The notes below the pieces were generated by a model. That model did no database searches. It saw nothing but the letters and a program-made list of their open reading frames with translations, and was not told where the DNA came from. Shown one piece after another: positions 12,601 through 33,600 of a stretch of 64,000 nucleotides of DNA (its first letter is position 1; each line of letters starts with the position of its first letter). The position numbers and the translations under genes were made by a program. The DNA is from Eledone cirrhosa. Taxonomy: Eukaryota. The stretch lies in contig CAXHJY010000928.1 in NCBI GenBank assembly GCA_964016885.1, positions 1 to 64,000 on the forward strand. The letters run 5' to 3'.

Positions 12601-15600
12601 TCATATAACTACTCACACATACATATATATATACACACATTCATATAACTACTCACACACACATACATATATAGACACACATACAGAGAACTACTCACAC
12701 ACACACATACATATATAGACATACATACATATAACTACTCACACACACATATATAGACACACATTCATATAACTACTCACACATACATATATAGACACAC
12801 ATTCATATAACTACCCACACACACATATATAGACACACATTCATATAACTACTCACACACACATACATATATAGACACACTTTCATATAACTACTCACAC
12901 ACATACATATATAGACACACATTCATATAACTACTCACACATACATACATATATAGACACACATTCATATAACTACTCACACACACATACATATATAGAC
13001 ACACATACATATAACTACTCACACACACATACATATATAGACACACATTCATATAACTACTCACACACACATACATATATAGACACACATACATATAACT
13101 ACTCACACATACATATAGACACACATTCATATAACTACTCACACACACATATAGACACACATTCATATAACTACTCACACACACATATATAGACACACAT
13201 TCATATAACTACTCACACATACATATATAGACACACATACATATAACTACTCACACACACATATATATATAGACACACATTCATATAACTACTCACACAC
13301 ACATATAGACACACATTCATATAACTACTCACACACACATACATATATAGACACACATTCATATAACTACTCACACATACATATATAGACACACATACAT
13401 ATAACTACTCACACACACATATATATAGACACACATTCATATAACTACTCACACACACATACATATATAGACACACATTCATATAACTACTCACACACAT
13501 ATATATATAGACACACATTCATATAACTACTCACACACATACATATAGCCACACATTCATATAACTACTCACACACATACATATATAGACACACATACAT
13601 ATATAGACACACATACATATAACTACTCACACACACATACATATATAGACACACATACATATAACTACTCACACATACACATATAGACACACATTCATAT
13701 AACTACTCACACACACATACATATATAGACACACATTCATATAACTACTCACACACATACATATATAGACACACATACATATAACTACTCACACACACAT
13801 ATATAGACACACATTCATATAACTACTCACACACACATATATATAGACACACATTCATATAACTACTCACACATACATATAGACACACATTCATATAACT
13901 ACTCACACACACATACATATATAGACACACATACATATAACTACTCACACACACATACATATATAGACACACATTCATATAACTACTCACACACACATAT
14001 ATAGACACACATTCATATAACTACTCACACATACATGCATATATAGACACACATACATATAACTACTCACACATACATACATATATAGACACACATTCAT
14101 ATAACTACTCACACACACATACATATAGACAGACATTCATATAACTACTCACACACACATATATAGACACACATTCATATAACTACTCACACACACATTC
14201 ATATATAGACACACATACATATAACTACTCACACATACATATATAGACACACATTCATATAACTACTCACACACACATATATAGACACACATTCATATAA
14301 CTACTCACACACACATACATATATAGACACACATTCATATAACTACTCACACACACATACATATATAGACACATACATATAACTACTCACACATACATAT
14401 ATATAGACACACATACATATAACTACTCACACATACATATAGACACACATTCATATAACTACTCACACACACACATACATATATAGACACACATACATAT
14501 AACTACTCACACACACACATATATAGACACACATTCATATAACTACTCACACACACATACATATATAGACACACATACATATAACTACCCACACATACAT
14601 ACATATATAGACACACATTCATATAACTACTCACACACACATACATATATAGACACACATTCATACAACTACTCACACACATACATATATAGACACACAT
14701 TCATATAACTACTCACACACACACATATATAGTCACACATTCATATAACTACTCACACACATATATATATAGACACACATACATATAACTACTCACACAC
14801 ACATACATATATAGACACACATACATATAACTACTCACACACATATATATATATAGACACACATTCATATAACTACTCACACATACATATATATATATAG
14901 ACACACATTCATATAACTACTCACACACACATATATAGACACACATTCATATAACTACTCACACACACATACATATATAGACACACATTCATATAACTAC
15001 TCACACATACATATATATATATAGACACACATTCATATAACTACCCACACATACATATATAGACACACATACATATAACTACTCACACATACATATAGAC
15101 ACACAATCATATAACTACTCACACATACATATATAGACACACATTCATATAACTACTCACACATACATATAGACACACATTCATATAACTACTCACACAC
15201 ACATACATATATAGACACACATTCATATAACTACTCACACACACACACACATATATAGACACACATACATATAACTACTCACACACACACATATATAGAC
15301 ACACATTCATATAACTACTCACACATACATATATAGACACACATTCATGTAACTACTCACACACACATACATATATAGACACACATTCATATAACTACTC
15401 ACACACACATACATATATAGACACACATTCATATAACTACTCACACATACATATATAGACACACATTCATATAACTACTCACACACACATACATATATAG
15501 ACATACATACATATAACTACTCACACATACATATATAGACACACATACATATAACTACTCACACACACATACATATATAGACACACATTCATATAACTAC

Positions 15601-18600
15601 TCACACATACATATATAGACACACATTCATATAACTACTCACACACACATATATAGACACACATACATATAACTACTCACACACACATATATATATAGAC
15701 ACACATTCATATAACTACTCACACATACATATATATATACACACATTCATATAACTACTCACACACACATACATATATAGACACACATACAGAGAACTAC
15801 TCACACACACACATACATATATAGACATACATACATATAACTACTCACACACACATATATAGACACACATTCATATAACTACTCACACATACATATATAG
15901 ACACACATTCATATAACTACCCACACACACATATATAGACACACATTCATATAACTACTCACACACACATACATATATAGACACACTTTCATATAACTAC
16001 TCACACACATACATATATAGACACACATTCATATAACTACTCACACATACATACATATATAGACACACATTCATATAACTACTCACACACACATACATAT
16101 ATAGACACACATACATATAACTACTCACACACACATACATATATAGACACACATTCATATAACTACTCACACACACATACATATATAGACACACATACAT
16201 ATAACTACTCACACATACATATAGACACACATTCATATAACTACTCACACACACATATAGACACACATTCATATAACTACTCACACACACATATATAGAC
16301 ACACATTCATATAACTACTCACACATACATATATAGACACACATACATATAACTACTCACACACACATATATATATAGACACACATTCATATAACTACTC
16401 ACACACACATATAGACACACATTCATATAACTACTCACACACACATACATATATAGACACACATTCATATAACTACTCACACATACATATATCGACACAC
16501 ATACATATAACTACTCACACACACATATATATAGACACACATTCATATAACTACTCACACACACATACATATATAGACACACATTCATATAACTACTCAC
16601 ACACATATATATATAGACACACATTCATATAACTACTCACACACATACATATAGCCACACATTCATATAACTACTCACACACATACATATATAGACACAC
16701 ATACATATATAGACACACATACATATAACTACTCACACACACATACATATATAGACACACATACATATAACTACTCACACATACACATATAGACACACAT
16801 TCATATAACTACTCACACACACATACATATATAGACACACATTCATATAACTACTCACACACATACATATATAGACACACATACATATAACTACTCACAC
16901 ACACATATATAGACACACATTCATATAACTACTCACACACACATATATATAGACACACATTCATATAACTACTCACACATACATATAGACACACATTCAT
17001 ATAACTACTCACACACACATACATATATAGACACACATACATATAACTACTCACACACACATACATATATAGACACACATTCATATAACTACTCACACAC
17101 ACATATATAGACACACATTCATATAACTACTCACACATACATGCATATATAGACACACATACATATAACTACTCACACATACATACATATATAGACACAC
17201 ATTCATATAACTACTCACACACACATACATATAGACAGACATTCATATAACTACTCACACACACATATATAGACACACATATATAGACACACATTCATAT
17301 AACTACTCACACACACATTCATATATAGACACACATACATATAACTACTCACACATACATATATAGACACACATTCATATAACTACTCACACACACATAT
17401 ATAGACACACATTCATATAACTACTCACACACACATACATATATAGACACACATTCATATAACTACTCACACACACATACATATATAGACACATACATAT
17501 AACTACTCACACATACATATATATAGACACACATACATATAACTACTCACACATACATATAGACACACATTCATATAACTACTCACACACACATACATAT
17601 ATAGACACACATACATATAACTACTCACACACACACATATATAGACACACATTCATATAACTACTCACACACACATACATATATAGACACACATTCATAT
17701 AACTACTCACACACACATATATATATAGACACACATTCATATAACTACTCACACACACATATATATATAGACACACATTCATATAACTACTCACACACAC
17801 ATACATATATAGACATACATATAACTACTCACACACATACATATATAGACATACATACATATAACTACTCACACACACATACATATATAGACACACATTC
17901 ATATAACTACTCACACACATATATATATATAGACACACATTCATATAACTACTCACACATACATATATAGACACACATTCATATAACTACTCACACATAC
18001 ATATATAGACACACATTCATATAACTACTCACACATACATATATAGACACACATTCATATAACTACTCACACATACATACATATATAGACACACATACAT
18101 ATAACTACTCACACACATACATATATAGACACACATACATATAACTACTCACACATACATATATAGACACACATTCATATAACTACTCACACACATACAT
18201 ATACATATAGACACACATTCATATAACTACTCACACACACATACATATAGACACACATTCATATAACTTCTCACACATACATATATAGACACACATACAT
18301 ATAACTACTCACACACACATACATATATAGACACACATACATATAACTACTCACACATACATATATAGACACACATTCATATAACTACTCACACACACAC
18401 ACATATATAGACACACATTCATATAACTACTCACACACACATATACATATAGACACACATTCATATAACTACTCACACACACATATATAGACACACATAC
18501 ATATAACTACTCACACACACATACATATAGACACACATTCATATAACTACTCACACACACATATATAGACACACATACATATAACTACTCACACACACAT

Positions 18601-21600
18601 ATATATATAGACACACATTCATATAACTACTCACACACACATATATAGACACACATACATATAACTACTCACACACACATACATATATATATAGACACAC
18701 ATTCATATAACTACTCACACACACATACATATATATATAGACACACATTCATTTAACTACTCACACACATACATATATAGACACACATTCATGTAACTAC
18801 TCACACACACATATATATATAGACACACATTCATATAACTACTCACACATACATATATAGACACACATTCATATAACTACTCACACACACATACATATAT
18901 AGACATACATACATATAACTACTCACACACACGCATATATAGACACACATACATATAACTACTCACACACACATATATAGACACACATTCATATAACTAC
19001 TCACACACACATATATAGACGCACATTCATATAACTACTCACACACACATATATAGACACACATTCATATAACTACTCACACACACATACATATATAGAC
19101 ACACATTCATATAACTACTCACACACACATACATATATAGACACACATTCATATAACTACTCACACACATATATAGACACACATTCATATAACTACTCAC
19201 ACACACACACATACATATATAGACACACATTCATATAACTACTCACACACACATATATAGACACACATTCATATAACTACTCACACACATACATATATAG
19301 ACACACATACATATAACTACTCACACACACATACATATATAGACACACATTCATATAACTACTCACACACACATATATAGACACACATTCATATAACTAC
19401 TCACACACACATACATATAGACACACATTCATATAACTACTCACACACACATACATATATAGACACACATTCATATAACTACTCACACACACATACATAT
19501 ATAGACACACATTCATATAACTACTCACACACACATATAGACACACATTCATATAACTACTCACACACACATACATATAGACACACATTCATATAACTAC
19601 TCACACACACATATATAGACACACATTCATATAACTACTCACACATACATATATAGACACACATTCATATAACTACCCACACACACATATATAGACACAC
19701 ATTCATATAACTACTCACACACACATACATATATAGACACACTTTCATATAACTACTCACACACATACATATATAGACACACATTCATATAACTACTCAC
19801 ACATACATACATATATAGACACACATTCATATAACTACTCACACACACATACATATATAGACACACATACATATAACTACTCACACACACATACATATAT
19901 AGACACACATTCATATAACTACTCACACACACATACATATATAGACACACATACATATAACTACTCACACATACATATAGACACACATTCATATAACTAC
20001 TCACACACACATATAGACACACATTCATATAACTACTCACACACACATATATAGACACACATTCATATAACTACTCACACATACATATATAGACACACAT
20101 ACATATAACTACTCACACACACATATATATATAGACACACATTCATATAACTACTCACACACACATATAGACACACATTCATATAACTACTCACACACAC
20201 ATACATATATAGACACACATTCATATAACTACTCACACATACATATATAGACACACATACATATAACTACTCACACACACATATATATAGACACACATTC
20301 ATATAACTACTCACACACACATACATATATAGACACACATTCATATAACTACTCACACACATATATATATAGACACACATTCATATAACTACTCACACAC
20401 ATACATATAGCCACACATTCATATAACTACTCACACACATACATATATAGACACACATACATATATAGACACACATACATATAACTACTCACACACACAT
20501 ACATATATAGACACACATACATATAACTACTCACACATACACATATAGACACACATTCATATAACTACTCACACACACATACATATATAGACACACATTC
20601 ATATAACTACTCACACACATACATATATAGACACACATACATATAACTACTCACACACACATATATAGACACACATTCATATAACTACTCACACACACAT
20701 ATATATAGACACACATTCATATAACTACTCACACATACATATAGACACACATTCATATAACTACTCACACACACATACATATATAGACACACATACATAT
20801 AACTACTCACACACACATACATATATAGACACACATTCATATAACTACTCACACACACATATATAGACACACATTCATATAACTACTCACACATACATGC
20901 ATATATAGACACACATACATATAACTACTCACACATACATACATATATAGACACACATTCATATAACTACTCACACACACATACATATAGACAGACATTC
21001 ATATAACTACTCACACACACATATATAGACACACATATATAGACACACATTCATATAACTACTCACACACACATTCATATATAGACACACATACATATAA
21101 CTACTCACACATACATATATAGACACACATTCATATAACTACTCACACACACATATATAGACACACATTCATATAACTACTCACACACACATACATATAT
21201 AGACACACATTCATATAACTACTCACACACACATACATATATAGACACATACATATAACTACTCACACATACATATATATAGACACACATACATATAACT
21301 ACTCACACATACATATAGACACACATTCATATAACTACTCACACACACATACATATATAGACACACATACATATAACTACTCACACACACACATATATAG
21401 ACACACATTCATATAACTACTCACACACACATACATATATAGACACACATTCATATAACTACTCACACACACATATATATATAGACACACATTCATATAA
21501 CTACTCACACACACATATATATATAGACACACATTCATATAACTACTCACACACACATACATATATAGACATACATATAACTACTCACACACATACATAT

Positions 21601-24600
21601 ATAGACATACATACATATAACTACTCACACACACATACATATATAGACACACATTCATATAACTACTCACACACATATATATATATAGACACACATTCAT
21701 ATAACTACTCACACATACATATATAGACACACATTCATATAACTACTCACACATACATATATAGACACACATTCATATAACTACTCACACATACATATAT
21801 AGACACACATTCATATAACTACTCACACATACATATATAGACACACATTCATATAACTACTCACACATACATACATATATAGACACACATACATATAACT
21901 ACTCACACACATACATATATAGACACACATACATATAACTACTCACACATACATATATAGACACACATTCATATAACTACTCACACACATACATATACAT
22001 ATAGACACACATTCATATAACTACTCACACACACATACATATAGACACACATTCATATAACTTCTCACACATACATATATAGACACACATACATATAACT
22101 ACTCACACACACATACATATATAGACACACATACATATAACTACTCACACATACATATATAGACACACATTCATATAACTACTCACACACACACACATAT
22201 ATAGACACACATTCATATAACTACTCACACACACATATACATATAGACACACATTCATATAACTACTCACACACACATATATAGACACACATACATATAA
22301 CTACTCACACACACATACATATAGACACACATTCATATAACTACTCACACACACATATATAGACACACATACATATAACTACTCACACACACATATATAT
22401 ATAGACACACATTCATATAACTACTCACACACACATATATAGACACACATACATATAACTACTCACACACACATACATATATATATAGACACACATTCAT
22501 ATAACTACTCACACACACATACATATATATATAGACACACATTCATTTAACTACTCACACACATACATATATAGACACACATTCATGTAACTACTCACAC
22601 ACACATATATATATAGACACACATTCATATAACTACTCACACATACATATATAGACACACATTCATATAACTACTCACACACACATACATATATAGACAT
22701 ACATACATATAACTACTCACACACACGCATATATAGACACACATACATATAACTACTCACACACACATATATAGACACACATTCATATAACTACTCACAC
22801 ACACATATATAGACGCACATTCATATAACTACTCACACACACATATATAGACACACATTCATATAACTACTCACACACACACATATATAGACACACATTC
22901 ATATAACTACTCACACACATACATATATAGACACACATACATATAACTACTCACACACACATACATATATAGACACACATTCATATAACTACTCACACAC
23001 ACATATATAGGCACACATTCATATAACTACTCACACACACATACATATATAGACACACATTCATATAACTACTCACACACATACACATATAGACACACAT
23101 TCATATAACTACTCACACACACATACATATATAGACACACATTCATATAACTACTCACACACACATATATAGACACACATTCATATAACTACTCACACAC
23201 ACATACATATATAGACACACATTCATATAACTACTCACACACACACATATATATAGACACACATTCATATAACTACTCACACACACATATATAGACACAC
23301 ATTCATATAACTACTCACACACATACATATATAGACATACATATAACTACTCACACACACATACATATAGACACACATACATATAACTACTCACACACAC
23401 ATACATATATAGACACACTTTCATATAACTACTCACACATACATATATATATATAGACACACATTCATATAACTACTCACACACACATATATAGACACAC
23501 ATTCATATAACTACTCACACACACATACATATATAGACACACATTCATATAACTACTCACACACACATATATAGACACACGTTCATATAACTACTCACAC
23601 ACACATACATATATAGACACACATTCATATAACTACTCACACACACACATATATATAGACACACATTCATATAACTACTCACACACACATACATATAGAC
23701 ACACATACATATAACTACTCACACACACATACATATATAGACACACTTTCATATAACTACTCACACATACATATATATATATAGACACACATTCATATAA
23801 CTACTCACACACACATACATATATAGACACACATTCATATAACTACTCACACACATATACATATATAGACACACATTCATATAACTACTCACACATACAT
23901 ATATAGACACACATACATATAACTACTCACACACACATACATATATAGACACACATACAGATAACTACCCACACACACATATATAGACACACATTCATAT
24001 AACTACACACACACACATATATAGACACACATTCATATAACTACTCACACACACATACATATATAGACACACATACATATAACTACCCACACACACATAT
24101 ATAGACACACATTCATATAACTACACACACATACATATATAGACACACATTCATATAACTACTCACACACACATACATATATAGACACACATTCATATAA
24201 CTACTCACACACACATACATATATAGACACACATACATATAACTACCCACACACACATATATAGACACACATACATATAACTACTCACACACACACATAT
24301 ATAGACACACATACATATAACTACTCACACACATACATATATAGACACACATCCATATAACTACTCACACACACATATATATATAGACACACATTCATAT
24401 AACTACTCACACACACATACATATATAGACATACATATAACTACTCACACACACATACATATATAGACACACATACATATAACTACTCACACACACATAC
24501 ATATATATAGACACACATTCATATAACTACTCACACACATATACATATATAGACACACATACATATAACTACTCACACACACATACATATATAGACACAC

Positions 24601-27600
24601 ATTCATATAACTACTCACACATACATATATAGACACACATTCATATAACTACTCACACACATACATATATGGACATACATATAACTACTCACACACACAT
24701 ACATATAGACACACATACATATAACTACTCACACACACATACATATATAGACACACTTTCATATAACTACTCACACACACATATATAGACACACATTCAT
24801 ATAACTACTCACACACACATACATATATAGACACACATTCATATAACTACTCACACACTCATATATAGACACACGTTCATATAACTACTCACACACACAT
24901 ACATATATAGACACACATTCATATAACTACTCACACACTCATATATAGACACACGTTCATATAACTACTCACACACACATACATATATAGAAACACATTC
25001 ATATAACTACTCACACACACACATATATATAGACACACATTCATATAACTACTCACACACACATATATAGACACACATTCATATAACTACTCACACACAT
25101 ACATATATAGACATACATATAACTACTCACACACACATACATATAGACACACATACATATAACTACTCACACACACATACATATATAGACACACTTTCAT
25201 ATAACTACTCACACATACATATATATATATAGACACACATTCATATAACTACTCACACACACATATATAGACACACATTCATATAACTACTCACACACAC
25301 ATACATATATAGACACACATTCATATAACTACTCACACACACATATATAGACACACGTTCATATAACTACTCACACACACATACATATATAGACACACAT
25401 TCATATAACTACTCACACACACACATATATATAGACACACATTCATATAACTACTCACACACACATATATAGACACACATTCATATAACTACTCACACAC
25501 ATACATATATAGACATACATATAACTACTCACACACACATACATATAGACACACATACATATAACTACTCACACACACATACATATATAGACACACTTTC
25601 ATATAACTACTCACACATACATATATATATATAGACACACATTCATATAACTACTCACACACACACATATATAGACACACATTCATATAACTACTCACAC
25701 ACACATACATATATAGACACACATTCATATAACTACTCACACACATATACATATATAGACACACATTCATATAACTACTCACACATACATATATAGACAC
25801 ACATACATATAACTACTCACACACACATACATATATAGACACACATACATATAACTACCCACACACACATATATAGACACACATTCATATAACTACACAC
25901 ACACACATATATAGACACACATTCATATAACTACTCACACACACATACATATATAGACACACATACATATAACTACCCACACACACATATATAGACACAC
26001 ATTCATATAACTACACACACACACATATATAGACACACATACATATAACTACTCACACATACATATATAGACACACATTCATATAACTACTCACACATAC
26101 ATACATATATAGACACACATACATATAACTACTCACACACATATATATATAGACACACATTCATATAACTACTCACACACAGATATATATATAGACACAC
26201 ATTCATATAACTACTCACACACACATACATATATAGACACACATTCATATAACTACTCACACATACATACATATATAGACACACATACATATAACTACTC
26301 ACACACACATATATATATAGACACACATTCATATAACTACTCACACACACATACATATATAGACACACATTCATATAACTACTCACACACACATACATAT
26401 ATAGACACACATTCATATAACTACTCACACACACATACATATATAGACACACATACATATAACTACCCACACACACATATATAGACACACATTCATATAA
26501 CTACTCACACATACATATATAGACACACATTCATATAACTACTCACACATACATATATAGACACACATTCATATAACTACTCACACATACATACATATAT
26601 AGACACACATACATATAACTACTCACACACATACATATATAGACACACATACATATAACTACTCACACATACATATATAGACACACATTCATATAACTAC
26701 TCACACACATACATATACATATAGACACACATTCATATAACTACTCACACACACATACATATAGACACACATTCATATAACTACTCACACATACATATAT
26801 AGACACACATACATATAACTACTCACACACACATACATATATAGACACACATACATATAACTACTCACACATACATATATAGACACACATTCATATAACT
26901 ACTCACACACACACACATATATAGACACACATTCATATAACTACTCACACACACATATACATATAGACACACATTCATATAACTACTCACACACACATAT
27001 ATAGACACACATACATATAACTACTCACACACACATACATATAGACACACATTCATATAACTACTCACACACACATATATAGACACACATACATATAGCT
27101 ACTCACACACACATACATATAGACACACATTCATATAACTACTCACACACATATATATATAGACACACATTCATATAACTACTCACACACACATATATAG
27201 ACACACATACATATAACTACTCACACACACATTCATATAACTACTCACACACACATACATATATATATAGACACACATTCATATAACTACTCACACACAT
27301 ACATATATAGACACACATTCATGTAACTACTCACACACACATATATATATAGACACACATTCATATAACTACTCACACATACATATATAGACACACATTC
27401 ATATAACTACTCACACACACATACATATATAGACATACATACATATAACTACTCACACACACACATATATAGACACACATACATATAACTACTCACACAC
27501 ACATATATAGGCACACATTCATATAACTACTCACACACACATATATAGACACACATTCATATAACTACTCACACACACATATATAGACACACATTCATAT

Positions 27601-30600
27601 AACTACTCACACACACATATATAGACACACATTCATATAACTACTCACACACACACATATATAGACACACATTCATATAACTACTCACACACATACATAT
27701 ATAGACACACATACATATAACTACTCACACACACATACATATATAGACACACATTCATATAACTACTCACACACACATATATAGACACACATTCATATAA
27801 CTACTCACACACACATACATATATAGACACACATTCATATAACTACTCACACACATACACATATAGACACACATTCATATAACTACTCACACACACATAC
27901 ATATATAGACACACATTCATATAACTACTCACACACACATATATAGACACACATTCATATAACTACTCACACACACATACATATATAGACACACATTCAT
28001 ATAACTACTCACACACACACATATATATAGACACACATTCATATAACTACTCACACACACATATATAGACACACATTCATATAACTACTCACACACATAC
28101 ATATATAGACATACATATAACTACTCACACACACATACATATAGACACACATACATATAACTACTCACACACACATACATATATAGACACACTTTCATAT
28201 AACTACTCACACATACATATATATATATAGACACACATTCATATAACTACTCACACACACATATATAGACACACATTCATATAACTACTCACACACACAT
28301 ACATATATAGACACACATTCATATAACTACTCACACACACATATATAGACACACGTTCATATAACTACTCACACACACATACATATATAGACACACATTC
28401 ATATAACTACTCACACACACACATATATATAGACACACATTCATATAACTACTCACACACACATACATATAGACACACATACATATAACTACTCACACAC
28501 ACATACATATATAGACACACTTTCATATAACTACTCACACATACATATATATATATAGACACACATTCATATAACTACTCACACACACATATATAGACAC
28601 ACATTCATATAACTACTCACACACACATACATATATAGACACACATTCATATAACTACTCACACACATATACATATATAGACACACATTCATATAACTAC
28701 TCACACATACATATATAGACACACATACATATAACTACTCACACACACATACATATATAGACACACATACAGATAACTACCCACACACACATATATAGAC
28801 ACACATTCATATAACTACACACACACACATATATAGACACACATTCATATAACTACTCACATACACATACATATATAGACACACATACATATAACTACCC
28901 ACACACACATATATAGACACACATTCATATAACTACACACACATACATATATAGACACACATTCATATAACTACTCACACACACATACATATATAGACAC
29001 ATTCATATAACTACTCACACACACATACATATATAGACACACATACATATAACTACCCACACACACATATATAGACACACATACATATAACTACTCACAC
29101 ACATACATATATAGACACACATTCATATAACTACTCACACACACACATATATAGACACACATACATATAACTACTCACACACATACATATATAGACACAC
29201 ATCCATATAACTACTCACACACACATATATATATAGACACACATTCATATAACTACTCACACACACATACATATATAGACATACATATAACTACTCACAC
29301 ACACATACATATATAGACACACATACATATAACTACTCACACACACATACATATATATAGACACACATTCATATAACTACTCACACACATATACATATAT
29401 AGACACACATACATATAACTACTCACACACACATACATATATAGACACACATTCATATAACTACTCACACATACATATATAGACACACATTCATATAACT
29501 ACTCACACACATACATATATGGACATACATATAACTACTCACACACACATACATATAGACACACATACATATAACTACTCACACACACATACATATATAG
29601 ACACACTTTCATATAACTACTCACACACACATATATAGACACACATTCATATAACTACTCACACACACATACATATATAGACACACATTCATATAACTAC
29701 TCACACACTCATATATAGACACACGTTCATATAACTACTCACACACACATACATATATAGACACACATTCATATAACTACTCACACACTCATATATAGAC
29801 ACACGTTCATATAACTACTCACACACACATACATATATAGACACACATTCATATAACTACTCACACACACACATATATATAGACACACATTCATATAACT
29901 ACTCACACACACATATATAGACACACATTCATATAACTACTCACACACATACATATATAGACATACATATAACTACTCACACACACATACATATAGACAC
30001 ACATACATATAACTACTCACACACACATACATATATAGACACACTTTCATATAACTACTCACACATACATATATAGACACACATTCATATAACTACTCAC
30101 ACACACATATATAGACACACATACATATAACTACCCACACACATATACATATATAGACACACATTCATATAACTACTCACACACACATATATAGACACAC
30201 GGTCATATAACTACTCACACACACATACATATATAGACACACATTCATATAACTACTCACACACACACATATATATAGACACACATTCATATAACTACTC
30301 ACACACACATATATAGACACACATTCATATAACTACTCACACACATACATATATAGACATACATATAACTACTCACACACACATACATATAGACACACAT
30401 ACATATAACTACTCACACACACATACATATATAGACACACTTTCATATAACTACTCACACATACATATATAGACACACATTCATATAACTACTCACACAC
30501 ACATATATAGACACACATTCATATAACTACTCACACACACATACATATATAGACACACATTCATATAACTACTCACACACACATATATAGACACACGGTC

Positions 30601-33600
30601 ATATAACTACTCACACACACATACATATATAGACACACATTCATATAACTACTCACACACACACATATATATAGACACACATTCATATAACTACTCACAC
30701 ACACATATATAGACACACATTCATATAACTACTCACACACATACATATATAGACATACATATAACTACTCACACACACATACATATATAGACACACATTC
30801 ATATAACTACTCACACACACATATATAGACACACATTCATATAACTACTCACACACACATACATATATAGACACACATTCATATAACTACTCACACACAT
30901 ACACATATAGACACACATTCATATAACTACTCACACACACATACATATATAGACACACATTCATATAACTACTCACACATACATATATAGACACACATAC
31001 ATATAACTACCCACACACACATATATAGACACACATTCATATAACTACACACACATACATATATAGACACACATTCATATAACTACTCACACACACATAC
31101 ATATATAGACACACATTCATATAACTACTCACACACACATACATATATAGACACACATACATATAACTACCCACACACACATATATAGACACACATACAT
31201 ATAACTACTCACACACATACATATATAGACACACATTCATATAACTACTCACACACACACATATATAGACACACATACATATAACTACTCACACACATAC
31301 ATATATAGACACACATCCATATAACTACTCACACACACACACATATATAGACACACATTCATATAACTACTCACACACACATATACATATAGACACACAT
31401 TCATATAACTACTCACACACACATATATAGACACACATACATATAACTACTCACACACACATACATATAGACACACATTCATATAACTACTCACACACAC
31501 ATATATAGACACACATACATATAGCTACTCACACACACATACATATAGACACACATTCATATAACTACTCACACACATATATATATAGACACACATTCAT
31601 ATAACTACTCACACACACATATATAGACACACATACATATAACTACTCACACACACATTCATATAACTACTCACACACACATACATATATATATAGACAC
31701 ACATTCATATAACTACTCACACACATACATATATAGACACACATTCATGTAACTACTCACACACACATATATATATAGACACACATTCATATAACTACTC
31801 ACACATACATATATAGACACACATTCATATAACTACTCACACACACATACATATATAGACATACATACATATAACTACTCACACACACACATATATAGAC
31901 ACACATACATATAACTACTCACACACGTATATATAGGCACACATTCATATAACTACTCACACACACATATATAGACACACATTCATATAACTACTCACAC
32001 ACACATATATAGACACACATTCATATAACTACTCACACACACATATATAGACACACATTCATATAACTACTCACACACACACATATATAGACACACATTC
32101 ATATAACTACTCACACACATACATATATAGACACACATACATATAACTACTCACACACACATACATATATAGACACACATTCATATAACTACTCACACAC
32201 ACATATATAGACACACATTCATATAACTACTCACACACACATACATATATAGACACACATTCATATAACTACTCACACACATACACATATAGACACACAT
32301 TCATATAACTACTCACACACACATACATATATAGACACACATTCATATAACTACTCACACACACATATATAGACACACATTCATATAACTACTCACACAC
32401 ACATACATATATAGACACACATTCATATAACTACTCACACACACACATATATATAGACACACATTCATATAACTACTCACACACACATATATAGACACAC
32501 ATTCATATAACTACTCACACACATACATATATAGACATACATATAACTACTCACACACACATACATATAGACACACATACATATAACTACTCACACACAC
32601 ATACATATATAGACACACTTTCATATAACTACTCACACATACATATATATATATAGACACACATTCATATAACTACTCACACACACATATATAGACACAC
32701 ATTCATATAACTACTCACACACACATACATATATAGACACACATTCATATAACTACTCACACACACATATATAGACACACGTTCATATAACTACTCACAC
32801 ACACATACATATATAGACACACATTCATATAACTACTCACACACACACATATATATAGACACACATTCATATAACTACTCACACACACATACATATAGAC
32901 ACACATACATATAACTACTCACACACACATACATATATAGACACACTTTCATATAACTACTCACACATACATATATATATATAGACACACATTCATATAA
33001 CTACTCACACACACATATATAGACACACATTCATATAACTACTCACACACACATACATATATAGACACACATTCATATAACTACTCACACACATATACAT
33101 ATATAGACACACATTCATATAACTACTCACACATACATATATAGACACACATACATATAACTACTCACACACACATACATATATAGACACACATACAGAT
33201 AACTACCCACACACACATATATAGACACACATTCATATAACTACACACACACACATATATAGACACACATTCATATAACTACTCACACACACATACATAT
33301 ATAGACACACATACATATAACTACCCACACACACATATATAGACACACATTCATATAACTACACACACATACATATATAGACACACATTCATATAACTAC
33401 TCACACACACATACATATATAGACACATTCATATAACTACTCACACACACATACATATATAGACACACATACATATAACTACCCACACACACATATATAG
33501 ACACACATACATATAACTACTCACACACATACATATATAGACACACATTCATATAACTACTCACACACACACATATATAGACACACATACATATAACTAC

